Assembly: GCA_000934665.2 (NCBI GenBank)
Contig: JYFJ02002538.1
Coordinates: forward strand, 1-55,160
DNA from: Catajapyx aquilonaris
Taxonomy: Eukaryota
DNA length: 55,160 nucleotides
Direction: 5' to 3'
The notes below the pieces were generated by a model. The model saw nothing but the letters and a program-made list of their open reading frames with translations. It did not search any database and had not been told where the DNA came from. Each line of letters begins with the position of its first letter. The first letter of the stretch is position 1. A program made the position numbers and the translations under genes. Shown one piece after another: positions 12,201-25,200 of the stretch.

Positions 12201-15200
12201 TTCACAATCTCTATCACCGATTCAATCACGGATGAATCCTGATGGAGAAAGTAAGAAAACGTCTGTGGTGCTGCAACATGTTACAATCAACAGTTACTTA
12301 CCCCTGCCAGCACGGCTCCCTCGTTGCAATGCTTCTTGGGCTCTCCTCCTCCTCCGTCATCCTCGGCTTTCCTTTTCCCTTCTTCCTCCTTCTCCAAGTC
12401 GACCATCACAACTGTGTTGCTGCCCCCAGCTCCGACCCCACCCTCCCTCCTGTTGTGCTCGGAAATGAAAGCACTCCTGGCAGCCTCCCTCAGGTACTTC
12501 TCAAACACATAGCGAGTTTCCGTATCCATGGCAGTCGTCTTTCCTGGCCCCTCCTCCATCTCCTCCAGGAATTTGAGAATGAAGGCGTGGCTGCGATAGT
12601 ACACCTCCAGGGCCTCCACCGCAAGCTCAGGGGGGTTGTTGTAGCTGATGCGACGAGGGTAGTTTGCGTTGTTCTCTGCCAGGTGCTTTGCAGCCTGAAA
12701 AGTAAGCAGCAATTTTAAAAAAAAGGTCGTTACAAAGACCAATGATGCGGCTTTCAGGTAATGTCATAAAGGGATTGAAAGGCAAAATAATTAGCGACAC
12801 CTGCTGACCTGCTTGTAATGTTTGAGGCAAACGGCAGGGTTGGCTTTCCTCTTCTCCGCCACCTTCCCAAGCATGTAGTGATGCAGCCACCTCTCGTCCT
12901 GCAGCTCGTCCTCCTCCTCTTCGTCCCCTGTGTTCTTGGCTTTGGCCTTCCTCTCTCTGAGGGTTTCATACACATTGTTTACAGACGTGAAGCACTTGTG
13001 AACCAGCTTCAGCATGTTCTCCTTTTTCTCCTCCAGCTGTTCAAATTGCTCAATGCTCATGGTGTCTGTGTCTTGCTTCAGAAGCCGAGAGAGAAACGAG
13101 TGGACCATGTAGGCGAAGGAGCCAAACTCGATCAACATGGACGAGTGGGATGGATCTATCTGAATAGTTCGCTCAAAGCAGCGGATGGCTGCCTCGGCCT
13201 TTCGCAGGAACTCAGACTCGCTGCGGAGTGCCTCACACTGAAATTGAACATTTAAGCATGATACGCTATGTCAGAAGCATTATGCAAAATATCTTCAAAC
13301 AAAGACACACATCAATCGGGTAAGAATGTGATATTAGAAAATTATTATCAACGAAAATTATCAGCAAGGAGACGGAGGTAGCAAATAACATTATCATTAA
13401 TCGGTAAATCTGCTAACCGAATTGAGTTTGGTGTCCAGTTGGCTTCCCCTAGCCAGAGCCATGGCTGCCCAGGAATCCAGTCTGGCTGGGTTCATGCACA
13501 CATCTCGGAGGTAATTGCGAATTGCTTTGGCCTGGAAAAAAGAGTCCCAGTTAATTCAGCACGGTTACAGCGGGAACCTGCAAAAATCACACTATCAGAA
13601 AATACATGCAAATACTGTAATCTTGGATAGTACGATCACCAACGTCCAACAGCCATTTGCCACCGAGGGATGTGATAGTGCAAGAATGTGACCTCACCCA
13701 TTCGTTGTTTTTGAAGTAGTAGTCACCCAGAAGATAGTAGAGATCCCTGATGACATGTGGGGTAGGAGGAATCCCTGGCCCTGTCGGTGGAAGGGGGATG
13801 GCATCCAAAGAGCCTTCAATGTACCTAACCATCCTGTCTACACGATTGGCTGGATCAAACTGGGGTGGAACCAAAGCAGATATCCGCTTCAGAAGGTTTT
13901 CCACCTCTGCACTGATGGATATAACCTGAGAGTTGGAAAAAAAAAAAACCACATAATTAATCCGATAGAATACGATGCTATTCTACAAGTCGTATGAGTG
14001 GACCTTGTAGGCATCAAATTCAGGCATCTCATCGGGCCTGAAGAGGTCAAAGAGTGTGCAAGCCCTCTCCCAAGTAAGGGCAATTTGAGGAACCCCATGA
14101 TCTTGAAGGTAGCGTGACTTGGTCTTCTTGCTTGGGTGTGCATACAGGCAGTACGTAGCTTGCTCAATCATGGGATAGAGCTCGTCTCGAAAGGAGGACC
14201 ACTCTTCTGATCGAAGGCGGGGTACCAGTACTTCCAGCATGTACAGCAAGAGGCAGCCCTCATGCGTGAGGCACCATGAGCGCCTAAATATGAGAATGTG
14301 CTTTTAATGCAAGAAATTATGCTGCGAAGCTTTTCACTAACCTTCCCAAGTAGTCATGGGCAGTCGAGAGGAACATGAGAGAACCAGGAATATCTGAATC
14401 GTCGTCCTCCTTATCGGAACCATTGTTGCTGCATTCTTCCCCACTGGTGGAGTAAGAAAATTAATGCAAATGTCAAGTGGATTTGACTTCCAAACTCACT
14501 GGGCAATAAGCTGGTGCAACATAATCCAGGGTGTGACGCTCTCAAAAGGCATCTCAATTGCTGACTCAGGAGCCTCTAGCTGGCAGGTGATGACCCTCAC
14601 CAGGTTCCTCGCCAACCTGGCAACCTTCCGTCCCTCCCATTCAATCGTGAAGTCCACCACCTTCCTCCCACCGTCCTCCTCCAGGCATGCGTCCCACCGA
14701 ATCAGAATCCCCTGGATCAGTTTGGCCCACTTCTCCTCATTTGAGGTCCCATAGTTGCCTATCAAAAATTATTGAATCAGGTTTCAACTGCAATATCTCT
14801 TGATCGCAAGTCAACCCACCTATGGCTTCATCCAAGCAGCTCTCTCCCCACCAAAAGCACCTGTCGTGATCACCTAACTGGTGCAGGGAATCCAGCATTA
14901 GCTCCAGTTGGGTCTCTCGATTGGGACCCCTCTCGCTGACTTCACCACCTCGGTTTCCAAATGGCTTCTGCTGAAAGGTGGCCTCTAGTATGTCAACCAC
15001 CGCCTGGAAGTCACCTTCCGAGTGCAGGACAACCACTTCTTCCAAGCTCTGGCTGCGACGCAGGAATTCCAGCTTGGACCTGACACGCTCAATGGTCACT
15101 GACCCCTCATGGAACACATTGGCTAGATCTAGTCGAGGGGCAGGAGGAGGTGTGCCCTCACGCACTGGTTTGTCTGCAGAGGATTTCTCCGGCGACATTA

Positions 15201-18198
15201 CTGCAAGTATCTGAAGTGAAAGAAAATTGCAAAATTATTCTACGCGGCCCAACTATTCCTGTGTGGGTTGTCATCGCAATTATAACAATGGCCTCACCGC
15301 ATGCAAGGAATGCATGGTGCCATCGACATTCCCTTGCATGAGGAAGTACTTGGATGCCAGCCAGTGAATCCCTGCCACCACTCTAACGCTTTCACTTCCA
15401 AACAAGGCATGCCGAACGGACACCATCAAAAGGTGATTCACATCATTAGGAAAGGGACTATCTTCAAGAAGAAGCAGTGCTTCCTCCCTGAAATGGGGAA
15501 AATATCACGAACACGACACTCCTCAAGCCGGAACAATTTTGCATCAAACGAAGCAGTCAAGATAGTTCGAGATTAACAGCCACTCACTGTGGTGTTGAAT
15601 GAAGAGCATCCAGTTCAAGCTCCGCATAGAGCAGAGCGGCCTCAGAATCATTCCTCAACTCTTCTACGTCAGTGTCATTGCTCAGTGGGCAAGGATGGCG
15701 GATATGTCTCCTAAAAACGGTGCATTTACATTGCTTGAAGGCTATTACTTATTCATGTACAACACAGGCTGCAAATTTTGAATGTTACTTCATATTGCAT
15801 CAACAATGAGACAGTTCCTCAATTAAAAGGTAACGAAGGACGGACTCACCTGAGGCGCACGTAAGTCTTCACATATAGGTTTCTGAGTTCAGGTGGCCAG
15901 ACCAGCCCATGCTTGGCTTTCATCTTGTTTTGAAACCTTGTCATCACGTCAATGACTCCCAGGTTGACCTTGCATTCCTCCAGAAAATCCTTCGCCTCTT
16001 CAGCCTCTGACGTGGAGCCAAAGTACTGGTCGCAAGTTTGAGAAGTCCGACTCATTTCGGAGTTGGTGTGGTTTATGTGGTTACTATTTACACTGTACAT
16101 CGTGCCCTGGCTGCTATCAATCACGTCGCTGTCCCCCGCATTGCTGTCACTGCTTTCCATCCTGTCAGACAACAAAGATTGTCACAAGCCATCCGGTATG
16201 ATATCGTACTGTGCAAATAACACAACATAAGTGCAACAACAAAATCGTACTCACTGCAACTTCCTGGGCAGAAATTTGCTTAGTGCACGCATGTAGTGCC
16301 CATGATCCTCCGAGGACTCCTCCCCTCTCCTGCCGCCTCCTGAGCCTCCAACAACTGACCCTCCTCCTCCTCCTCCTCCCCCCTTGACTCTGCTAGATCT
16401 CCTCTTTCCCTCCCAGAGCCACTCGTAGAATATCTTCTCCCTTTTCCGCTTCATCCCCTTCCTGGATGCATCAGGCGTCAAATCGGACTCGGAGCAAAGG
16501 TCAACAGTGGCTCCAGTATCATCTGTGTCAACTGGGGTCAAACTCTCTGCAGTGGTAGGCGTCTTCAGAGCAGTGGGGGTAACCTCCTCATGATCACTGG
16601 GCTTTCCTTCTTCAACTTCCATCTTCACAGTCACTGTCTCCACTGCCTCAGAATCAGGAGTACTCACTGCATCATGAATTAGGATGGAGTGTTGCACGTT
16701 TACTTTGCAACCAAAATTCTGCAAATAATAACATTATTAATGATGATGACGACGATCATTCCTGAATGTCTTAAAAGTCGGCATTGCATGAAGAATTGCC
16801 ATGAATTTTGACAAATGCTTGCAGGGTTAGTTAAAATATCTGAAACCAAATTAAACAAACCATGCACACGATTTCATTACCAAGCAATCGTCAGCAATCA
16901 GATTTTCCAAGCTATATCATGAGTACCAGCGATGACGGTAGACTTACAATGCTATCCTCTGATTTCTCAATATGATCATAAAGTGAAATGAAGCTCTCTC
17001 CAATGGATTTCCAGCTCCAAGAGTCAACTGGTTTCGGGCATTTGAGCACTGGAATGGTCCTTTCACGTCTGAGGGCCAAGTGCTTCTCTCTCATCGACAA
17101 GGCCTCCTTGTGATAGCTGTTCTCCACATGGTTCACCTTATGCATCAGGGATTCACTGCAATAACAAAATTTATTCTCTTTATTCCAAGATGAGCTGCAG
17201 CGTTTAAATATGCGATGTATACATATTTATGAAAGCATTACTAGGTTATTCAAAGAAGTATGATTCTCGCCAATAAATGCCATGTAACAGAAATTCAAGT
17301 AGAATCTAGTTTTAGTATTTTATGCCGATACCAAAAACCACTTACTAGTCCTGTAGAAAATAGGTTACATGCTCCTTGAGCGACGGTTGCTCTGAAAAGA
17401 TCCTTTCCTTGAAGGTGTGCCCCTTGGAGTAGTCTGGATCCAACTCAAAAGCCTTGCAGACTGACGCCAAGCATCCCAAGTAGTCGTTCAGAATGTACTG
17501 AACAGTAATCAGGTTATCCAGACACGGCCAATGATGGGGGCTGCATCTCAATCCCTTAAAATCATGTACGATGCTTTGTATTTAAGTATTGTATAAGTAA
17601 TAATTACATGCACTACGCAATCAAAAATTGGCATATTACCTCTTGGAAAGCAACTCTTGCTAATGGGTAGTTGACTAGTTGGGAAGCTGCAGTTCCCAGT
17701 TTGTACCAGAGTGTTACATCTGTGTCATCTAAATGCAGTGCCTGTGAAGATCAATTGTGAAGAAATCGCCACAAATTCCATATGATGAAATGTTCCACAC
17801 TTTGATGGCACTTACATTCAAGTAATTCTCCATCGCAGACTGCAGATCTCCTTCGGATGAGCATATTACACCTAGGTTTTTAAGTGATGAGTACTTCAAA
17901 ATGTGAGCTGGACGAGTGAGCTTCTCCTTCTCTTCCGGCTGAGACGCCTGAAATTTAAAAATTACCGCCAATATTCAGTGCATTTAAATCAAATATTTTT
18001 GCTGGAATTAAATTAGATTGCAACACTTGTTGCTTATGCCTCGGCCATAATAAAACTAATAACTGCAATAATAAATAATAAAACTAATAACTGCAATAAT
18101 AAATAATAAAACTAATAACTGCAACAATAAATAATAAAACTAATAACTGCAATAATAAATAATAAAACTAATAACTGCAATAATAAATAATAAAACTA

Positions 18199-18237
<39 letters not shown>

Positions 18238-18949
18238 TCATTAAAAAAAACTCAGGCTCAGTGTGGCCTATAGTGCATACAACAGGCATACAAGAATATT
18301 TAGCTGCAACATCATAATTTAAGTGCTGATAACAACACACAATGATGGAAATTATTCCCAGGAACATGGCATTAGGCGGAAAAACGACTCGCCTCTGTGA
18401 TGAGCGGACATTGCAACAGCTCTTCCAGCACCTGCTTGGCCTCCCCTGCCTTCCCCTCCTGCTGGAGCTTCAGAGCCTTGTTGTACAGCGTAAAGGCAGC
18501 TTCTTCCTGCAAAAGAATGGTTATAAATAAACAGCGTTACGGCCAGATACGTAACTTTATAACAACAGAATTCCCCTTGTATCCGCAGTGGGAAAAGTTC
18601 CAAGCCCACCCGAAGGAGGCTCGAAACTGAAGATAACTTCATGCAACTTCTGACCATCGCCACAGTGCTTTATGCGACGACATGGGGCAACGAATCTACA
18701 CAAGCGCAAAAGCACCAAGTTTTATTCGCATGCACTGGAACATTCTAACTGGAGCTACTTCATGAGCTTCCATATGCTTTAACCTGATCCTACTAATTTT
18801 TCTTCTTAATCCATAGCCTAATTGCACCATTACTTCTTTTTTTTCTTTCCATAAAATGACTGTACCTGTGCCTCTTTGGTGACGGTGGGTGTGAGTTCGT
18901 CCTCGCTCTCGGAGGACCTCTCCTCGTTCAAGGCCGTTATCCGGATCAT
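9230..18949 (-). CDS. CABIN1: Calcineurin-binding protein cabin-1 (HIRA/UBN1/CABIN1 histone chaperone subunit), 21 coding exons; first exon 18949-18866, last exon 10985-9230
   Basis: Start MIRITALNE...[20 protein letters not shown] region LKYSSLKNL...DVTLWYKLG...[10 protein letters not shown]. Further blocks [57 protein letters not shown] and [20 protein letters not shown] match recalled Cabin1 conserved regions. The splice junctions checked are phase-consistent. Confidence 0.96.
18047..18237. repeat. 28-bp AT-rich minisatellite (about 5.5 copies) followed by an (AAT)n microsatellite, in Cabin1 intron 2
   Basis: Unit AATAAAACTAATAACTGCAATAATAAAT; CTGCAA recurs at 18063, 18091, 18119, 18147 and 18175. 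Confidence 0.95.
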
Positions 18950-19155
18950 CTCTCTTCGTCTTCCCTTTCAACAGCCAGACATTTGGAATGAACTCGAATC
19001 CAAAGCTGAGGACTATTTCGAACGAAACTTTTGAAGAGAAAAAAGGGAAAGAAGAAGAAAACAACGAAAGCAGACAGGCCACAACCCCACGGATCTGGCA
19101 ACACTGTCTCTACTCGCCGGTTTACACTCAATTTAAATACGATCGCCATTGATGC

Positions 19156-19441
19156 TAATTATTGCCCAATTTGGCCGCCAATATGTACTTTAAATTATAA
19201 ATTAATAACGATTAACCATGGGTAAGCACCTTCTCTGCTATTGGCTACTTTCAGGCAGTGCTGGCGTCTGATTGGTCGGATTGTGAGGAGCGAGAGTTTT
19301 CACGTGCCAGCCTTTTGTCTGTCTGTCAAGAGAGGGGAAAACATGGCGGGCTGATTCGCTCTTGGCTCCGATCGCGTGTTTGGCAAATCCGTCTCTATCG
19401 GGCTCTCCGTCGCTTCAGCCGGGCCATCTCCGGAGGATAAG
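19156..19441 (+). promoter_or_regulatory. Probable bidirectional promoter (Cabin1 / ASB-like copy 1) plus non-coding first exon of ASB copy 1
   Basis: Two ATTGG (reverse CCAAT) boxes, CACGTG at 19301, YY1-like AAACATGGCG at about 19339-19348 and donor AAG|GTGGGT at 19441. The block is duplicated in front of copy 2. Confidence 0.7.
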
Positions 19442-20480
19442 GTGGGTCTGGAACGTGGGACATCCAGAGCGAGTCGGGGAGGGGAAGGACAGGTCGGAAG
19501 CTTGTTCGGAACAACCTGAGTGACAGTTGCATTGCTGGAAGAACACTATTCCGTCTAGACTATCTAGAGCGTTCCAAAATAGAAGGTCCGTAGCCCATGG
19601 GTGGAGGCCAAGCTCGAGCTGGTGTCTTGAAATGCAGGGAATTTGGAACAACAAGTAGTTTTCCACTGAACGATAAAACTAGCGACGGATTCACAAGTTG
19701 AAACAATGTTCCAAGTGTCACATTTGATCCTTCCTCTACTGTAAAGGACAGGTAGGTGCCTTCTGCGCACCTTATGCGCAGACGCAGCAGTCTGCGCATA
19801 AGAAGGCAGAGGAAGGATCAACGTATTTGCCCATGCTTGATTTTTTACCTGGTCCGTCGCATGGCGTTGAAACTGGAGCATCATGAAACTTACTTTCCAA
19901 CTGACCCTCGTAAAAAAAAATCATAAGTTACTTTCTGGATTAACCTCGTGTTATATATTCCAGTGTATAATCTCAAGAATATTTTAGATACATGAAAATG
20001 CACTGTGGTACTAGCCTTAAAACTGAAAAATGTAACATTTAATTTCAAATTTTTGCACAACCTTAATAATAATTTCTATCTGGCTATGGGCCTGCAGAAT
20101 CACTGTGAACATCTGTTGATAAAATGTTTTATGCGGGTGTATACCTAATAATAATAGGCAAATTAATGAAACTCTAGCATAATTAGAACGCCACTGATAA
20201 ATCTGGATTTGCCAATCAGGATGTTGCAATTTTTATTCGTGGTACCACAGGAAGGGCTAAGGAGAATTTTTAAAATAATTCTGCTGATGTTTGATAACTC
20301 GTAATTTGTAGAGTTGCTTGCTGTTCATGAAAAATGAAAGTTAGGGTGAATTCCAAAACATGTCTTGCTGACAAAGAAATGTAGACTTATTTTTTCCCAG
20401 AAGAAGGATTAAGAATTAATGGTAGGTTCAATTATCATGATTAAACCTGATTTAAAGCAGGGCACACTATGTATAGTAGT

Positions 20481-20739
20481 CAGGGCGACATGGTGGCGAA
20501 GTGGTTAGCGCCGCAGCCTTCCACCTGTAAGGTCCCGAGTTCGATCCCCGGATCGGACAGAGGAGACTTATGTGGATAGAGTTTCGATGGGTTCTCTCCA
20601 TGTTCGCGTGGGTTTTCTCGGGGTTCTCCCGTTGCCTCCCACTATCAAAATCCATCACAGCAAAGGCAATGATTCAAGTCGGTTAATTAAAAAGATGATC
20701 CCCTAAAAAGCCCAAGCCTGAGGCTTATCACGGGGTATC

Positions 20740-20794
<55 letters not shown>
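20481..20794 (+). mobile_element. Full-length tRNA-derived SINE with V-SINE-like central domain and (ATT)n tail
   Basis: A box TGGCGAAGTGG (20494) and B box GAGTTCGATCC (20537). Core GTTCTCTCCATGTTCGCGTGGGTTTTCTCGGGGTTCTCCCGTTGCCTCCC. (ATT)n at 20741-20794. 15-bp TSD ACTATGTATAGTAGT at 20466-20480 and 20795-20809. Confidence 0.92.
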
Positions 20795-20799
<5 letters not shown>

Positions 20800-21915
20800 G
20801 TATAGTAGTTCCTTAACCCTAATAAGACGGGCGTCACATATGCTGTGACAGTGGCTTTAAAAATTTCTGCTGGCGAAACTATATAGCGTTTTCCCACTAT
20901 GTAACGTGGTTTCTGTGTGGCTTTTTAAATTTCCCCTCGCGTAAAAAATCGCGAGTTTTGGACTACAAAATCGTTCATAAATAAACCGGATTAACCAAAT
21001 TAACTTGAATGAAATCATCTTTTTGCGGCCGCTGAAAAAAAAAACTTAAAAAACAACAACAAAAAAACCACATCCGACCTTGACCAGCCAATTTTTGGTG
21101 TAACATAGTTGCCTCCAAACCACAAGTGATTCCACCCTAAAATTAGTGCAAAAGATGATTCAATAGTTTTAAAATAAATAAATGTTCGTAAATGTCAATT
21201 ACCAGTTGCCGGGAGTCTGCGCACTTCAACGCCGGCCTTTGTGTGGCTGTAGGGAGCATTTCCCCCGCGCCTTTTGAATAGTTGTTGCTGAAGGATGTTT
21301 ATACTCGTGAGTGCTTATCAACACAGTTCTCTTGACAGGCCTGTGCCTTAATTCATTCTATGTGCTTGTGTACGGCTTCGTTCAGAGGTGCCAAGGCTAC
21401 ATACCGATAATTTTTTGTCAATCAAGCAGAGTGACAAAAAATTGGAGTAGGCGCGAAACAAACCCATCTGCGCCACCTCGTTTTGCATTTGAGAGTTTCC
21501 ACTGCGTATGCATGAGAGGAGGGTCACATAGATGGCCTCAGGATCAAGCCTGGACACTATACGATCTTATTCACCAGTGTTGTAAAGTCTCGTCCCCCAA
21601 GTCCCAAAGGATGCGACTGTTCTCTGAATAGTGACAGTTGGGGGCTTGAAATGAAAGTTGAGAATTTGCACATTTTATTTTGCATTTTCATGGGCACTAG
21701 GAACATGCCAGGATTGGTATTTTAATTTTCCTGACAATGGTTATGTCACAAGCACTGGAAGGGAGGATTTGAGTCATTGTGCAGCAGACATAAAAGCTGA
21801 ATACAGTATACTTTATGCTCAATCCAGACATTTGCTTCATATGATGTTGGTGGCTATAGGAATCATTGCATCTATATTACTCAGATTGTTATTAATATTT
21901 CACAGTCTCAGAAAC

Positions 21916-22184
21916 ATGGAGGAAGAACATGATGAAGGCAAAGGAAGCGGTCGCAGAACTGGAGGAAGGCAGACCGAGATCTTGACAGGAGATTATGGAA
22001 ACAAGTCAGTAGAAGGAAATGAATCTTCTCAAGATGAAAGTCACTCAGCATCCAGTGAAGATGCAGATTGTGAAATTTTAGAAGAAGGCCAAATTCAACC
22101 TGCACGTAGTGAAGAGGGTGAAGATTCATCAGTTTCAGGAGAGGACAGTTCTTCAGGCAGGGGAGAAACTTCATCAGTTCCTGC

Positions 22185-22237
<53 letters not shown>

Positions 22238-25200
22238 TTGACGACAGCCAGTGGGAAACAATGGATGAAGATAGTGACAACAAATCTGGATCTACAGATG
22301 ATGATGACATCTGGTTTAAAAACATCTTTTTTAAAAACACTTTCCGAATGATGGGAATGATGGGATGTGATGCTGACTCAGATTCAGATGACTGGCGTTT
22401 CAAACACAGCACGTAAGTTACTTGTTTTTTCATTATGGCATGGACATGTTGAATAATGGACCAAGTTGCTTTCTCCATTTCTAAAGCCTTGCCAGTATTC
22501 AGAATTTTTAAATACAAGCATATTATGTAAGACAGGACACGGGGTTGCTTGTCTCTGTTCTTTCACTCTCCATCCACTTATGAACCTCCTCAGTTGCTTT
22601 CGCATTTTTCCACTAGTCAACATATCACGTGGTATGCCCTAAATATTTGGGTAGAGGAGGACTCTTGCACCTAAACCCACCTTTACACTTTAATTCTGTC
22701 TCATGTGGTACGCAGCTATGTCTTCAAAGTCTTAACCTTAAGGTATGTTGACAAGCTTGTGAGAATCGATTGCAGCAAGAACAAGAAGTCTATTCAAACA
22801 CCCCTTTCATCCATTGACTTGTAGCTCATGCTAAAATGTCCTGAATTCACTCGAAAGCATATGTTCTTTCAAGCTTATGAACACACCTTTACTGAGGAAG
22901 CAATAGCTGAACCTTTAATTATTCTAAGTAACAGATTAGGGGAGCAAGTGCATGCCATCATTATCTACTCATTATTATCATCATCATCGTTATTATTTCT
23001 TTTTTACTTTCAAGTGATAATTTGGATTCTGGGCTGAAGTCAGCAATAATGGAAGGAGATGTGAAGAAAATTCGCGATTACTTCTCAGGCCCTAAACGTC
23101 TTCCAAAGAAAGAGATAATGGGCCTCTCACTGATGTATGCAATTGAAAAAAAGAATGCTGCAAGTGTTTCCAAACTCTTCACAATAGGTAAATATTATTA
23201 TTTTAACTACAGTAATATTTAGTGTCATTATGGTACGAAAAAATTGGTCACTTGGTTATGCTTATTATTAGAAGTTTAAAGAAAAAGTTTCTAGGGATTC
23301 AATTATTAGCCATTAATATTATATTTAGTTGACTCCGGATATAACAGACTTCACGAGCACGTGGAAAAAAGTATGTCATAAGCAAGGTCTGTTATAGCTA
23401 AATAGCCTGTTTTGCAACAAATACACCAAGTTTTCTGATGTTCATATGCTTATAATGCCCACTATTGCTTACATTAATGAAACTATCCACAAAAATGGAA
23501 AGATTAGCTCATCCGTAAATTACGCAGGACCAAAAAATCCGTAATTTTCTTCTGCCGTCCCCTTGTTTCTAAATATACCAGAAAAAGTATGATTTTGAGT
23601 AGCTTAGATCAGCGACAGATGCAAAAATCACCACCGATCCAGTATTTGTTGCCTTGCGCGTGGGAAATAATGTTAAATAATCAAAAATAGCATTTTTCCG
23701 CTGAGGGGCCACAAAACTTGTCTGTTATAGCTGAGGTGGGTGAAAATGAGTGTTATATCAGGAGTAAAAATACACCGTGCCTTGTGGAAGTTTGCAGGCA
23801 CTGGCCTTTGGAGTCTGTTAGCCAAAAGTCTGTTATAGCCGAGGTTGTTATATCCGGTGTCAACTGCATTTTTATACATCAGGTATTCAGGTTCAGTATT
23901 AACTGAAATTGTGTGTAAAAGGAGAAGTGGCACGCCTTGCAGGGCTAGCGAGAACTTGTAGCATGTGGAGATTGTGGACATACACTTAAGTTCTTTATTA
24001 TATGAATATTAGAGATGGTTACTATTCAGTCTCTGTTGAATTTTTCACCTTGCAGGGGGCATGGATGCTAAGTTCCGGATGTTTGAAGGTGGAACAACAC
24101 TTTTACAGGAAGCTGTATCTTGCGGTTCAGCTGAAATTGTTAAAATTTTGCTTGACCATGGTGCCGATCCAAATCAGCCGGACTACTATGGATGGATAGC
24201 TATGCATTCTGGTAAGTATGTGCTGCATGTGCAATGGAAGTAGTCATTTTCGTGAAATGGATGCTTAGATGGTGCACCTGTAGTGTGTTCCAGTTGAAGA
24301 GCCCATTGCAGTTGGTGATATTTTCATTAAGCTGCTAATTTTCAGGAAATTACTTTGTAACTGACACTTAGCTACTGATTATGAAAAATATTAACTCTCA
24401 CTTTTAGGCTGAATGGTTTTAGCCTTTCTATCTAGTGCAGGAAAGTCTATGTGGCAAAAATGTTCAGCCATTAACCTCAGGTTCCTGTGGGTCGCATTGG
24501 TCATTCTTGTTGTTTTATGATGGAAAATATACTGCTCTTCTCAAGGTGATAGTCACTTCTGAGAGCCGGTGTACACCCTCACTGGTGAGCCGCAGAGAGC
24601 CGAGGCAAAACACGCCTTTGTTCCGTATCATTCCTCATCATATGACGTAGTTTGCCTTTGGCGGCTCTCCTTGGCCCACCCCAGCCCTCCTCGGTTATAA
24701 CAGACTGAATTCCTCTGTCCCTTGAAGTCTGTTATACCCGGAGTCTACTGTATTTACTAATGAGAATGAGAACCATGAAATTAAGATTTTTACTGATAAG
24801 GGTATGAAGCTAGCAACTAATGAAACACAGTGCATAAGGTAAAAGTTGTGCTTGATAATTCCAGCTATAACACCATCCTCTTACCGTGAAAATAACCTGG
24901 AAATAGCTGCCTTGCTGTTGGAGGCAGGAACAGACTTGAATGGACTGTATGTCTCAGCAAAAGGAGGTGAAGATGATGGTGAATGCTTTGATCCAGCCTG
25001 TGATCATGAAGAAGTAAGGGTTCATATTTTAAAACAGTTCCCAACTAATTTTTTTAGGTGCAATCTAATAACATATGCATTTTTTTCAGTGTGAGATGAT
25101 GATTATCAACAGGTCACCATTTGGATTGGAGGTACATACTTTGCTTCACTATGCTGTAAAGGAAGGCGATGCATCATCAGTGAAATTTCTGCTACAGCAG

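Noticed and set aside
18047..18200. CRISPR-like array of 28-bp repeats
   Set aside because: Head-to-tail repeats without unique spacers in a eukaryotic intron; this is a minisatellite.
19343..19441. Selenocysteine or readthrough ORF (ATG GCG GGC TGA stays open to the splice donor in copy 1)
   Set aside because: The frame is closed in copy 2, ends in phase 0 while the next exon needs phase 2, and no convincing SECIS was seen.
20484..20556. tRNA gene
   Set aside because: A and B boxes are present but there is no convincing cloverleaf or T-run terminator. It continues into a SINE body with tail and TSD.
20813..21620. piggyBac-like start TTAA|CCCTAATAAGACGGG in a copy-1-specific segment
   Set aside because: No right TIR or coding relic identified.
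21658..21915. Hydrophobic signal or TM-like N-terminal extension of ASB copy 1 in the ORF track
   Set aside because: It starts at TTG, lies upstream of the acceptor at 21905/21911 (intronic), and the frame is not conserved in copy 2.
21908..22517. Poly-His, poly-Ser and poly-Met ORFs
   Set aside because: Other reading frames of the (GAT)17 poly-Asp repeat.
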